64,000 bases of DNA from Candidatus Moraniibacteriota bacterium (GCA_016699795.1 CP065011.1:819449-883448), one strand, 5' to 3'; counted from the first letter of the stretch, positions 9,938 to 22,123 are shown. Numbers and translations: made by a program. Notes: a model not told the origin generated them from the sequence alone.

Positions 9938-10531
9938 ATGAAAAAAAATGTATCATCCTTTACTTACTGGGTATCTGTTATTGTTTTTGGTGTAGTATTT
10001 GGAACAGGACTTCAAATTGCTCGTGCTTGGACTGAACCTATTTTACCTCCTCCTAGTGGAAATATAAGTGGACCTCTTACAACAAGTGCTACCGGACAAG
10101 AAAAAAAAGGGAATCTTGTGATTTCTACACTCAATACAATAACAAATGGACTTATTGTTGCTTATGGAAAAGTGGGAATAGGAACTTTAAATCCTCAAGC
10201 AAAGCTTGATGTGAATGGGAAGGCTATATCTCACTCTACGATAGATACTGATCCAGGGAATACTTTGGTGACAAAAGATTATGTTGATGCGCAAATGGGA
10301 GGGGGAAGCGGTATAACAGGGGGATGCGTCGCTTTTATATCAAATGACGACGGTAAACTTTATGTTCCTGAAAGATGGGGGAATGGTTGTTCACAGGGAG
10401 GGGGTAAAGTAGATATGAAGAAAGATTGGTATTATCCTTGTAGAATTGTTACTACTGCGGGTTATGAATGCGGAAACGCTGGCGCATTAGGAGAACAGCG
10501 TATCTGTATCTGTATCAAAAAATCCAGTTAA
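9938..10531 (+). CDS. secreted/membrane-anchored hypothetical protein
   Basis: N-terminal hydrophobic segment, a Gly-rich middle, and a Cys-containing C-terminus. No recognised domain. Confidence 0.3.
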   Translation: MKKNVSSFTYWVSVIVFGVVFGTGLQIARAWTEPILPPPSGNISGPLTTSATGQEKKGNLVISTLNTITNGLIVAYGKVGIGTLNPQAKLDVNGKAISHSTIDTDPGNTLVTKDYVDAQMGGGSGITGGCVAFISNDDGKLYVPERWGNGCSQGGGKVDMKKDWYYPCRIVTTAGYECGNAGALGEQRICICIKKSS

Positions 10532-10627
10532 AAAGAATTTGTAAATTTTTATTTTTTCAGTTATGAGGAAGAAATCATATAGTAAGATTTCTTCCTTTTT
10601 GTAGGGATTATTTTTGGTTTTTCAGGT

Positions 10628-11200
10628 ATGCTTCGATTTTCTTTTTTGGATAAAACTTTTTGTAGGATTGTTATTCTTTTTATTTTTATAAGTATGGGTG
10701 GTTTTTCTTTTTTTCTTTTTGAAAAAAATTCTTCTCACCCTTCAACTTGCCAGGTGAGTCGAGAGATAAAAACAGTCCGAGGTCATTCGATGGAACCTTT
10801 ATTTTTGGATGGAACTGAGGTGACCGCTCTTATGGGATATTTTGAATGTAAAAAACCCTCTCGAAATGATATCGCACTTGTTTCTTATGGAGGAAATAAA
10901 TTCCCTCTTATAAAACGTATACGCGCACTCCCTGGTGATACGTATGAATTTTTCGAAAGAGAACAGGAAAGATTTTCTTTGGTAATAAATGGAGAAATAC
11001 TTACGAATAGTGCTGGAAAATCCTATAATTTTCTTCGATCAGATATCCAAGAAATGGTACGCTATGGAAGTGCTTATGGCTATGTCATTCCTGAAAATAG
11101 ATATCTTATTCTTGGAGAAAATAGCGCTGGAAGTATGGACTCTACGCAGTTTGGTTTTTTGGATAGAGATACTCTTATTGCAAAAGTGATGAAAAAATAA
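10628..11200 (+). CDS. lepB: signal peptidase I (S26 family)
   Basis: Catalytic Ser box VRGHSMEP, the K-containing box IKRIRALPGDTY, and the GENSAGSMDS (GDN..S.DSR-like) box. Confidence 0.75.
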   Translation: MLRFSFLDKTFCRIVILFIFISMGGFSFFLFEKNSSHPSTCQVSREIKTVRGHSMEPLFLDGTEVTALMGYFECKKPSRNDIALVSYGGNKFPLIKRIRALPGDTYEFFEREQERFSLVINGEILTNSAGKSYNFLRSDIQEMVRYGSAYGYVIPENRYLILGENSAGSMDSTQFGFLDRDTLIAKVMKK

Positions 11201-11363
11201 AATTTTCTGTAAGGGAAAAGGAAACTTCAATAGGAGATTAAGAAGAAACTTGTTTGAGAAGTCTTAAAAAATTCTTTATTTTTTAAGAAAGAATATTTTT
11301 CTATTTTTGCTAAAAAAAGAAAAACGAGTATACTTTAAACTATAATGTTTTGAAACCTATAGT

Positions 11364-12341
11364 ATGAAAAAAAGACTTTTTTCTGGGGTTCAGCCTTCAG
11401 GAAGACTTCATTTGGGAAATTATGTTGGAGCGGTTCGGCAATGGATAGCTCTTCAAGAAGAATTCGAAGCTTTGTTTTGTGTGGTAGATCTCCATGCTAT
11501 AACCGTTTCTCAAAATCCTGAAATTTTGCGAGAAAAAACTCTTGAAATAGCTAAGACTTATTTGGCGCTTGGTATTGATCCTGAAAGAGCTCATATTTTT
11601 ATTCAGTCCCAAGTCTCAGAACATACAGAACTTGCATGGATTCTTAATACGCTTACCAGGATGAGTGATTTAGAAAAGATGACTCAATTCAAAGATAAGG
11701 CAAAAAGTCGTGAAGAGAGTAGTGTGGGATTATTTGATTATCCCGTTCTTATGGCAGCAGATATTTTACTCTATAGTACGGATACCGTTCCCGTTGGAGA
11801 AGACCAAACGCAACATCTTGAACTTACTCGAGTCCTTGCTCGTCGTTTTAATAAAAAATTTGGAGATACGTTTTTTGTTCCCAAGACATTTGTTATCGAG
11901 GAAGGTTCTCGTATTATGGGACTTGATGATCCAACTAAGAAAATGTCAAAATCAGCAACAAGTGAATATAATTATATCGCACTTGATGATGACGTTGTGA
12001 TGGCAAGAAAGAAGATTATGCGGGCGGTAACAGATAGTGATAAGGGAATAACATACGAAGATAATCGTCCAGGACTTAAAAACCTTCTTATCCTTTTTAC
12101 TCTTTTATCAGGGCGAACACTGGAAGATGTTATCTTGGAATATAAAGATAAAGGATGCTCTGAATTTAAAAAAGATGTAGCGGATATCGTGGTGGATTTT
12201 CTGGAAACATTTCAAGAGCAATACCAATCTATTTCCGATGAAGATGTTTTGAATATTTTGGAAGAAGGTAGGAAATATGCAAAAAAAATTGCAAAAGAAA
12301 AAATTTGTGAGGTAAAGGAGAAAATGGGTTTATATCTTTGA
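11364..12341 (+). CDS. trpS: tryptophan--tRNA ligase
   Basis: Class I aaRS HIGH-type motif (SGVQPSGRLHLGNYVG) and KMSKS motif; 325 aa. Confidence 0.9.
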   Translation: MKKRLFSGVQPSGRLHLGNYVGAVRQWIALQEEFEALFCVVDLHAITVSQNPEILREKTLEIAKTYLALGIDPERAHIFIQSQVSEHTELAWILNTLTRMSDLEKMTQFKDKAKSREESSVGLFDYPVLMAADILLYSTDTVPVGEDQTQHLELTRVLARRFNKKFGDTFFVPKTFVIEEGSRIMGLDDPTKKMSKSATSEYNYIALDDDVVMARKKIMRAVTDSDKGITYEDNRPGLKNLLILFTLLSGRTLEDVILEYKDKGCSEFKKDVADIVVDFLETFQEQYQSISDEDVLNILEEGRKYAKKIAKEKICEVKEKMGLYL

Positions 12342-12347
12342 TAGAAT

Positions 12348-13064
12348 ATGGATGTTTTTTCTAAAAAAATATGCATTTCAGCAGATGACTTTGGTATGTG
12401 TCGATTGGGAAATGATCGGACACTTTTTCTTCTTGAGCAAAAAAAAATTCATCGAATTTCTTGCTTAGTCTATGGAGAATATAATGAAGATGACATTCAA
12501 CGTCTTGTAGCATCAAATGCAAAGCTAGATATTCATTTGGATACAGAAACGGAAGTGAAGCAAGAAGGGTCGGGTCGTGGATCAGTTGCGAGAAGGGGAC
12601 TTTATTTTCTCTATGAGTTTTGGTTCACAAAAAAATATCTTTCAAAGAAGATGGAGCAAGAATGGGAAAAACAAATTCTTCTTTTTTATAAAAAATTTGG
12701 AAAATATCCTGACGGTTTAAATACACATCAGCATATTCATTATTTTTTTCCTTTTTTTCGGGTCCTCATAAGACTTTCAAAAAAATACTCTATTTCCTAT
12801 ATTCGATTGGGAAAAAATTCGTTTTATGTACCAGACGCTGTTGCTATTATATTGGATATTCTTCGAATTTTTGATATTACTTTACTTAAAAGATCAAAAA
12901 AACAAACAAGTGATGTTCTTTTGAGTTTTGATTGGTTTAGACAAGGAAACTTTTTGACGATAGAAACATTATATTCTCGATTACAAGGAAGAAATATAGA
13001 AATAATATTTCACCCTAAAAGAGAGGAAGATTTTGTTTTTCTTTCGGAGAAAAATAATTTTTAG
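12348..13064 (+). CDS. YdjC/ChbG-family carbohydrate deacetylase-like protein
   Basis: The N-terminal ICISADDFGMCRLGNDRTLFLL block resembles the YdjC-family ADDFG motif. The rest is weakly conserved. Confidence 0.35.
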   Translation: MDVFSKKICISADDFGMCRLGNDRTLFLLEQKKIHRISCLVYGEYNEDDIQRLVASNAKLDIHLDTETEVKQEGSGRGSVARRGLYFLYEFWFTKKYLSKKMEQEWEKQILLFYKKFGKYPDGLNTHQHIHYFFPFFRVLIRLSKKYSISYIRLGKNSFYVPDAVAIILDILRIFDITLLKRSKKQTSDVLLSFDWFRQGNFLTIETLYSRLQGRNIEIIFHPKREEDFVFLSEKNNF

Positions 13065-13130
13065 TTTTAAGACGTTTCGGCCAGTTTCTATTTTTTCTTG
13101 CAATCCCCAAGCTCTCGCTATAACTTCGAT

Positions 13131-13202
13131 GAAAATCTGACAGAATATTCAACTATTCCTTACAAATTTTTCACAATTTTTGTGAAAAATTTGAAGATTT
13201 TG
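13131..13202 (+). promoter_or_regulatory. copy 1 of a ~70-nt repeated promoter-like palindromic element
   Basis: CTGACA-N17 (containing the GAATATTC palindrome)-TTACAAAT, then the CAAATTTTT...AAAAATTTG inverted repeat. About 85 percent identical to the copy at 46929-47000. Confidence 0.45.
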
Positions 13203-13231
13203 TTACTGAAAGAAGTGGTGTAACAACCCCT

Positions 13232-14572
13232 TTAAAAATCTTTTTTAATAATAGAGAGAATCTCTTTCGTTTTTTCTTCCATGAGAGTTTTCGTTTTTGC
13301 TTCTAAATTAAGGCGAAGTACAGGCTCGGTATTAGAAGGACGAACATTAAACCACCAATTGGAAAATCGAATTTTTGTGCCGTCTAGCTCAGAGATTTTT
13401 CCTTGTCTGTAGACTGTTTTAAGCTCTTCTAAAACAATATTTTTATCCTTTACTTCGCTGTTTATTTCGCCACTATGATGATAGCGACGAAGATCCGCAA
13501 CAAGTTCTGAAATAGGAAGTTTTGTTTCTGCCATAAGATTAAGAAGGGTGAATGCTGCAAGTGTAGAAGACTCACCATTTTTATTGGCCTGAAAATAATA
13601 ATGTCCTGAAAGTTCTCCTGCAAAAAGAGCGTTTTCTTCTCGCATTTGTGCTTTGATAAAAGAGTGTCCAACACGACATTCTTTTGCTATTCCTCCATTT
13701 TCTTCTATAACTTCTTTAACAGAATCCGATGAACGAAGATCATAAAGAATAGTAGCTCCATGATTTTTTTCCAAAAGTACTCGAGCGATAAGTCCTGTTA
13801 CAAGATCCATAGGAATAATTTCTCCTTTTTCATCTACAAACCCTACTCGATCAGCATCTCCGTCATAAGAAATTCCAAGATCGGCCTTTTTCTTTACTAC
13901 GACTTCTTGAAGTTCTTTGAGAGTTTCTGTGTTAAGAGGATTAGCCTCATGAGCGCTATAGGGATGATCAAGATCGCAATAAAGAGGATGTATTTTTATA
14001 TTTTCTTGAAATTTTTCATAAAAAGGAAGTTCAAGAACTCCCATAGTATTTGCACAATCAATGACAAGCGAAAATTTTTGGTTTTTGAAATGGGCAAATT
14101 GACCAAAATATTCGTAATAGTCAGTCTTTATGTCTTGTGTTTTTTCTGAACCTTTTTTTTGCACGGGAATGAAATTCCCAGAAAAGGCTCTGTCTCGAAT
14201 ATCGAAAAGTCCAGACATTTCTCCTACAGGAATAGCATTTTTGAGACAAATTTTTACGCCGTTATATTCGGCGGGGTTATGAGAAGCTGTGACAGAAAGA
14301 GCTCCATCAACAGGAAGCTGCCAAGAAGAGAAATAAAGCATGGGAGTGGTTATCATTCCAATATTTATCACAGTACATCCAGCGTCAGTGAGTCCACGAA
14401 TGAGTTCTTTCATGAGGGATGGCCCAGAAGCACGGGCATCTCTTCCCACAGCAACGGTTGTAAGGCCGAGTATTTCAGCAGTTGAAAATCCTATAGCATA
14501 CGCACAAGATTCATCTATATCAGTTGGATAAATTCCTCGTATATCGTAAGACTTAAAAATCGATGGATTCAT
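13232..14572 (-). CDS. phosphomannomutase/phosphoglucomutase
   Basis: Phosphoserine loop TASHNPAEYNG, the Mg-binding DGDADR-like motif (YDGDADR), and a 446-aa alpha-D-phosphohexomutase architecture. Confidence 0.85.
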   Translation of the reverse strand: MNPSIFKSYDIRGIYPTDIDESCAYAIGFSTAEILGLTTVAVGRDARASGPSLMKELIRGLTDAGCTVINIGMITTPMLYFSSWQLPVDGALSVTASHNPAEYNGVKICLKNAIPVGEMSGLFDIRDRAFSGNFIPVQKKGSEKTQDIKTDYYEYFGQFAHFKNQKFSLVIDCANTMGVLELPFYEKFQENIKIHPLYCDLDHPYSAHEANPLNTETLKELQEVVVKKKADLGISYDGDADRVGFVDEKGEIIPMDLVTGLIARVLLEKNHGATILYDLRSSDSVKEVIEENGGIAKECRVGHSFIKAQMREENALFAGELSGHYYFQANKNGESSTLAAFTLLNLMAETKLPISELVADLRRYHHSGEINSEVKDKNIVLEELKTVYRQGKISELDGTKIRFSNWWFNVRPSNTEPVLRLNLEAKTKTLMEEKTKEILSIIKKDF

Positions 14573-14726
14573 AAATGTGAGATATTAAAATTATAAAATC
14601 ATTTACTTTTCTAGCATAACATTGACAGGGGTAGGTAAACAAGACACACTTTAGGAGTAAGAGAAATGTTTTTTTGGAAAAATAAGGAGAAGAAATAGTG
14701 TATAATTTTTAATCTTTTGTGCATAT

Positions 14727-15764
14727 ATGAAAGTTGGAATTGTGGGCCTTCCTAATGTTGGAAAATCAACCTTATTTAAGGTGCTTACTCGAAATCCTGT
14801 AGATATAAATAATTATCCTTTTTGTACTATTGATCCAAATATTGGAATAGTAAAAGTTCCTGATGAAAGATTATGGAAACTTTCTCAAATGTCTCAAAGT
14901 AAAAAAACGGTTCCTGCTGTTGTTGAATTTGTTGATATTGCTGGATTGGTAAAGGGAGCTTCGCAAGGAGAAGGTTTGGGGAATGCTTTTCTTGCTAATA
15001 TTCGTGAGGTCGATGCTATTGTTCATGTTGTTCGAGTTTTTGGTGATGGAAGAATCATTCATGTGGATGGTTCGGTAAATCCTCATCGAGACAGGGATAC
15101 TATTTCAACAGAACTTATGCTTGCAGATCTTCAGACTATACAAAAACATGTAGATAGACTTTCTAAAGAATCAAAATCAGGAGATAAGGATGCCCTGAAA
15201 GCATTTTCTGCAAGTAAGAAGATACGAGAAACTTTGGATGAGGGTAATTTGGCTATTCACACAAAACTTCCTGATGAAGAAATGTCATATATGCGACAAT
15301 TTGGCTTACTTACAGCAAAACCTATGATATATGTTTTTAATGTGGGTAATGTTGAAGAAGCGCTTTCTGATGAATTGGAAAATCTTGAACATATAAAACT
15401 TGATATAAAGATGGAGGAAGAAATATTGGATATGACAGATGAGGAAAGAAAAGAATTGGAAGTAAAAACAAATCTGGATCAACTTATTCGAAAAGCATAT
15501 GATGTATTGGGTCTTATTACTTTTCTCACAACAGGAGAGCAAGAAAGTCGAGCGTGGACAATAAAAAGAAATTCTACCGCGCCAGAGGCGGGTGCTGCTA
15601 TTCATACGGATTTTATGAATCGTTTTATTCGAGCAGAAGTAATTTCTTGGAATACCCTTCTTTCTCTTGGGTCATGGAATAGAGCAAGAGAAGAGGGGAA
15701 GTTAAGAACTGAAGGGAAAAATTATATTGTTTGTGATGGGGACGTTATTGTATTTAAAGTATAA
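14727..15764 (+). CDS. ychF: ribosome-binding ATPase YchF (Obg family)
   Basis: N-terminal G1 motif [15 protein letters not shown], a coiled insertion, and a C-terminal TGS-like domain; 345 aa. Confidence 0.9.
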   Translation: MKVGIVGLPNVGKSTLFKVLTRNPVDINNYPFCTIDPNIGIVKVPDERLWKLSQMSQSKKTVPAVVEFVDIAGLVKGASQGEGLGNAFLANIREVDAIVHVVRVFGDGRIIHVDGSVNPHRDRDTISTELMLADLQTIQKHVDRLSKESKSGDKDALKAFSASKKIRETLDEGNLAIHTKLPDEEMSYMRQFGLLTAKPMIYVFNVGNVEEALSDELENLEHIKLDIKMEEEILDMTDEERKELEVKTNLDQLIRKAYDVLGLITFLTTGEQESRAWTIKRNSTAPEAGAAIHTDFMNRFIRAEVISWNTLLSLGSWNRAREEGKLRTEGKNYIVCDGDVIVFKV

Positions 15765-15892
15765 TATCAAAAATCTTGACAAGATTCTCTAGCACGCTAC
15801 AATATTAGCAGTCGAACATAAAGAGTGCTAATAATTTATCCGTAATGATTTTCTTTATTGGTAAATCATGAATTATAAATACCGATAAATGA

Positions 15893-17557
<1,665 letters not shown>

Positions 17558-17583
17558 TTTTTCGATGGTTTTTTTCGATCGAA

Positions 17584-17618
17584 GACAGACTCTCTGAAAA
17601 TGGGAGTCTGTTTTTTTG
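17584..17618 (+). terminator. rho-independent terminator after groEL
   Basis: ACAGACTC-N11-GAGTCTGT hairpin followed by TTTTTTT. Confidence 0.5.
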
Positions 17619-17720
17619 TTTTCTTAGAATATGGTATACTTAAAATATATGTATAAAAAGAAAGAATGAAAATGTTACCGGAGAAGAAATTTTTCAAAAA
17701 TAATAAAATTAAAACGATAG

Positions 17721-19490
17721 TTGGCTCTGGAAAAAGTGTGTATGATAAAAATAGAAAATAAAAAATTAAGGGATTTCCTTCTTGATACCAATTTTATAAA
17801 AAAGGATATTATTGAAAATGCTTTTCTTGAAGCGGAATCAAAAAATGAGAATCTTTCTACTATTTTATTAGAACAAAAAGCTATAGAAGAAGCAGATCTT
17901 CAAAAATTCATTGCTTACATTCTAGGTATTCCTTTTGTGGATCTTGAGAAGATGATTATTAATTCTGATGTTTTGAGAATTATCCCAGAGCCGATTGCAA
18001 AAAAATATACCATAGTAGCTTTCGAAAAAAATGGAAAAGAATTAAAAATTGCAATGCTTCATCCTGAAGATCTTCAGACAATAGATTTTATTTCAAAAAA
18101 AAGTGGTTTAAAAATTGTTCCTTGCTTTTCAACAAAGAAAAGTATTTTATCCGCATTGCGTCAATATGAGAAAAGTTTACAAGCAGAGTTTATTAATCTT
18201 ATAGATGAAGATACGGGGAAAATTCATGAAGAAGAAAATTCCGATTCTGATCTTGAAAAAGTTGCTCAAGATATACCCGTTATTCGCATAGTTGATACAC
18301 TTCTTAAATATGCCATTATTCAACAAGCGAGTGATATTCATATAGAACCAACAGAAAAAGAAGTTATTGTTCGTTATCGGATTGATGGAATGCTTCATGA
18401 TGCTATGAATCTTTCGGCAAAAGTTCTTCCTGGAATTGTTGCTCGTATAAAGATTCTTTCCAATTTAAAACTTGATGAACATAGACTTCCTCAAGATGGA
18501 AGGTTTAAAATACAAACCAATGAATATAAAATTTCTTTTCGAGTAAGTATTTTGCCAGTATTTGATGGTGAAAAAGTGGTTATGCGTCTATTGGATGAGA
18601 CTTCTCGTGGATTGACTTTGGAATTAATTGGTTTTTTGGGAAGAGATCTCGAAGTTATGCATCGGCTTATACGAAAATCCAATGGTATTATTTTAGTTAC
18701 TGGACCTACAGGATCAGGAAAAACGACTACGCTTTATACCATTATGGATATTTTAAATTCTTCCGATGTGAATATATCCACAGTAGAAGATCCAGTGGAA
18801 TATCGAATGCAACGTATAAATCAAACGCAAGTAAATGCTAAAATAGGAATGACTTTTGCCACAGCCTTACGTTCATTGCTTAGACAAGACCCCGATATAA
18901 TTATGGTTGGAGAAATTCGAGATCAAGAAACGATGGAAATAGCTCTTCATGCTGCTATGACAGGGCACCTTGTTCTTTCTACTCTTCATACAAACAGTGC
19001 AGCAGCGACCATTCCTCGACTTGTGGATATGGGGGCGGAGCCTTTTCTTGTAGCTTCAACGGTAAATGGAATTCTTGCTCAACGTCTTGTTCGAAAATTA
19101 TGTCCTGATTGCAGAAAAGAAAGATTTTTAAGTGAAAAAGAAGTTCGAGCTATGAAGAAAAGTCTTCATATGGATGATATTCTTAAATATCTTCAAGAAA
19201 CATTAGAGAATCCAAAAGGTAAAACTCAAACGTGGAAAAATATAGCCTTTTTTTCTCCACAAGGATGTGAAAGGTGTGGAGGTACTGGCTTTAAAGGAAG
19301 AATGAGTATTTTTGAAACACTAGAAATGTCGGAATCTATAAGAAAAGCTATTTCTGAACGAGCTACTGCAGAAAAAATTCAAGAAATCTCTCGAAAAGAG
19401 GGTATGCATAGCATGCTAGAAGACGGACTTCTTAAGGCAGCCAGAGGAATCACTTCAATAGAAGAAATATTGCGTGTAGTACAAGAATAG
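17721..19490 (+). CDS. pilB: type IV pilus assembly ATPase PilB (GspE family)
   Basis: N-terminal GspE-N-like domain, Walker A GPTGSGKTTTLY, and the CPDC...CERCGG tetracysteine motif. Confidence 0.9.
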   Translation: MALEKVCMIKIENKKLRDFLLDTNFIKKDIIENAFLEAESKNENLSTILLEQKAIEEADLQKFIAYILGIPFVDLEKMIINSDVLRIIPEPIAKKYTIVAFEKNGKELKIAMLHPEDLQTIDFISKKSGLKIVPCFSTKKSILSALRQYEKSLQAEFINLIDEDTGKIHEEENSDSDLEKVAQDIPVIRIVDTLLKYAIIQQASDIHIEPTEKEVIVRYRIDGMLHDAMNLSAKVLPGIVARIKILSNLKLDEHRLPQDGRFKIQTNEYKISFRVSILPVFDGEKVVMRLLDETSRGLTLELIGFLGRDLEVMHRLIRKSNGIILVTGPTGSGKTTTLYTIMDILNSSDVNISTVEDPVEYRMQRINQTQVNAKIGMTFATALRSLLRQDPDIIMVGEIRDQETMEIALHAAMTGHLVLSTLHTNSAAATIPRLVDMGAEPFLVASTVNGILAQRLVRKLCPDCRKERFLSEKEVRAMKKSLHMDDILKYLQETLENPKGKTQTWKNIAFFSPQGCERCGGTGFKGRMSIFETLEMSESIRKAISERATAEKIQEISRKEGMHSMLEDGLLKAARGITSIEEILRVVQE

Positions 19491-19495
19491 AATAT

Positions 19496-20713
19496 ATGAA
19501 AAAATTTACCTACGAAGCGAAACATAATGAAACCGGAGAATCTCTTTCCGGAATTATGGAAATGGAAAGTCGGGAAACTCTAGCACATAATCTCAGAGCT
19601 CAGGGATATATTCTTACTTTCGTCCAAGAAGAGAAAAAAGGCACTTCTCCCGTAGTTTTTTTTAAGAGAATGTTTTCATCAGTACCTTTGAAAGAAAAAA
19701 TGGTATTTGCAAGAAATTTGAGTATCATGATTGAATCCGGACTTCCTTTGGTGCAGGCAATTGATGGATTAAAAGAGCAAACAAAGAATAAAACATTTCA
19801 ACATGTTTTGAATGAGGTAAAAGATTCAATACATGGAGGAAATTCTTTTGGAGATGCTCTTTCGAAGCACCCTGAAGTCTTTGATGATCTTTTTGTTAAT
19901 ATGGTCCGGGTAGGGGAACTTGGGGGTGATCTTGATCATGTTCTTACTATTGTGGCAACGCAGTTAGAAAAAGAACATTCCCTTAAAAGTAAAGTTCGGG
20001 GAGCAATGATTTATCCTTCAGTTATACTTTTTGCCATGCTTATTGTGGCAGTTCTTATGTTAACATATATTTTGCCTCAAATACTTGGAGTATTTAAAGA
20101 TATGGATGTGGAATTGCCGATGATGACAACTATGATTATGGATTTGAGTGAAATTTTTCAGCATCATTCTGCTTTGATAGGATTTGGATTTTTAATTTTT
20201 ATTATTCTTTTCCGTTTGTTTCTGAAAACAGCCTCGGGAAAAAGAGCTCTTTCTTGGCTAACTCTTCATCTCCCCGTTGTGAGAACTATTACAATAAAAG
20301 TGAATTGTTCTCGTTTTGCACGTATTTACAGTTCATTACTTAGAAGTGGCGTGGGCGTTGTGGAGGCGCTGGGTATTATCGCTCAAACGTTGAGTAATGT
20401 TTATTATAAAGACGCTATTTTGGAGGGAAGAGAACAAATTCAAAGAGGACTTGAACTGAGTAAGATAATTGAGAAAAATGAAGCTATTTTTCCTGTTCTC
20501 GTTCGTCAGATGTTTCAAGTTGGAGAGCAAACTGGAAAATCAGAAGAAGTTCTTCTCAAACTGGCAGGATTTTATGAAGAAGAAGTTGATCAGATAACAA
20601 AAAATCTTTCCTCAGTAATAGAACCCTTATTGATGCTTGTTATTGGGAGTGCTGTTGGATTCTTTGCTGTCGCTATGCTTCAGCCGATGTATAGTGTTAT
20701 GAATTCTATTTAA
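19496..20713 (+). CDS. pilC: type IV pilus inner-membrane platform protein PilC (GspF family)
   Basis: Duplicated GspF-type domains with three transmembrane segments; 405 aa, immediately downstream of pilB. Confidence 0.85.
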   Translation: MKKFTYEAKHNETGESLSGIMEMESRETLAHNLRAQGYILTFVQEEKKGTSPVVFFKRMFSSVPLKEKMVFARNLSIMIESGLPLVQAIDGLKEQTKNKTFQHVLNEVKDSIHGGNSFGDALSKHPEVFDDLFVNMVRVGELGGDLDHVLTIVATQLEKEHSLKSKVRGAMIYPSVILFAMLIVAVLMLTYILPQILGVFKDMDVELPMMTTMIMDLSEIFQHHSALIGFGFLIFIILFRLFLKTASGKRALSWLTLHLPVVRTITIKVNCSRFARIYSSLLRSGVGVVEALGIIAQTLSNVYYKDAILEGREQIQRGLELSKIIEKNEAIFPVLVRQMFQVGEQTGKSEEVLLKLAGFYEEEVDQITKNLSSVIEPLLMLVIGSAVGFFAVAMLQPMYSVMNSI

Positions 20714-20728
20714 AAAAAGGATTTTTGT

Positions 20729-22123
20729 ATGAAAGTTTTTAGATTTAAAACATTTTTTTTAAGAAAAGAAAAAAATAAAAAAGGATTTTCTTTAATGGAA
20801 AGTCTTATGGTTATTTTTATTGCAGGGATAATCACCTCTTCATTTTTTGCAGCATTCACTCAGGGGAATAGATTAATTAATGAATCCAAAAAAAAAGTTA
20901 CCGCAAGTTCTCTTGCTAATGAACGGATGGAAATGCTTCGAAATCTTAATTATGATGATATAGGAGTTGTGGGAGGTATACCCCAAGGAGTTTTTCCTGG
21001 AAATGAATTTATTGAAAAAAGTGGCACAGAATATCGAATTTTTACTGATATTCGTTACGTTGATGATATCTACGATGGAAAGCAAGGGGGGGATCCTGAG
21101 GATCTTGTAAATACTGATTACAAAATAGCAACAGTATCTGTGTTGTGGGGTGCGGAAGCTGAGAATCAAAAGGTACAATTTAGTTCCTTTTTTGTTCCCC
21201 CAGGTTTGGAATCTGATAGTGGGACGGGGACACTTTCTATTAATATAATTGATTCTTCAGGAGCTGGTGTTCCTTCGGCAAATGTCACGATACAAAATAT
21301 TCCAGAAAACATTTCATTTTCTACAAGTACGGATGCGGTGGGAAATGTTTTTTTGCCAGGATCTCCTCAATCGCAACAATTGTATAAAATAGCGGTAGAA
21401 AAAAATGCATTCGAATCAGTTTCTACATACCCACCGTATCCAACTACAGAATTTACTCCCGTTGATGAACATGCTTCTGTTTTTGAAGGTGGTGTTTCTA
21501 ATAAAGTTATTCTTATTGACAAACTTTCTGACATTCATTTTATAGCTAAGACAGCGAGCGGTGAAATTGTTCCTGATGTTGAATTTTCTCTTACTGGAGG
21601 AAGGGTTATAGGAAGTCGAGCTGGGACAGAAGAAAAAGTTTTTGGATATGAAGAAGATATTTCTCTCGGAATTGATGGAGAAACGGATGTATTAAATTTG
21701 AGCCCTGGTCAATATGCTGTTGAGATTTCTGAAGATATGTTGCCTAGATATCATTTTCTTTCTGTATCCACGAGTGTTTTTGGTGAGGAAAATGTTTTTT
21801 CTTTGAATTCAGATACTCATGAAACAATAGAGATTTTATTTCTTGATACACAAGCATCTTCTCTTCTTGTTTCCGTTCAAAATGAACAGGATAACCTTGG
21901 TATTTCTGGAGCAAATGTTCGAATAGAAAGTTCAGACGGAATATTTTCTAAAGAAAAACTTTCTGATCAATATGGTAATGCATTTTTTTCTTTAGAGGAC
22001 GGCATAGTTTTGGGAGAAACGTATACAATTGAGGTATCTTTGGAAGAATATGTATCTATGAATAAAGATATTGTAATACAAGAAAATATGTTACTAGAAA
22101 AATTCCTTCTTCAACGAGAATAA
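20729..22123 (+). CDS. large prepilin-type protein (type IV pilin-like N-terminus)
   Basis: A basic leader followed by G-FSLMESLMVIFIAG, matching the class III signal / N-methylation motif G(F)xL(I/M)E; 464 aa. Confidence 0.5.
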   Translation: MKVFRFKTFFLRKEKNKKGFSLMESLMVIFIAGIITSSFFAAFTQGNRLINESKKKVTASSLANERMEMLRNLNYDDIGVVGGIPQGVFPGNEFIEKSGTEYRIFTDIRYVDDIYDGKQGGDPEDLVNTDYKIATVSVLWGAEAENQKVQFSSFFVPPGLESDSGTGTLSINIIDSSGAGVPSANVTIQNIPENISFSTSTDAVGNVFLPGSPQSQQLYKIAVEKNAFESVSTYPPYPTTEFTPVDEHASVFEGGVSNKVILIDKLSDIHFIAKTASGEIVPDVEFSLTGGRVIGSRAGTEEKVFGYEEDISLGIDGETDVLNLSPGQYAVEISEDMLPRYHFLSVSTSVFGEENVFSLNSDTHETIEILFLDTQASSLLVSVQNEQDNLGISGANVRIESSDGIFSKEKLSDQYGNAFFSLEDGIVLGETYTIEVSLEEYVSMNKDIVIQENMLLEKFLLQRE

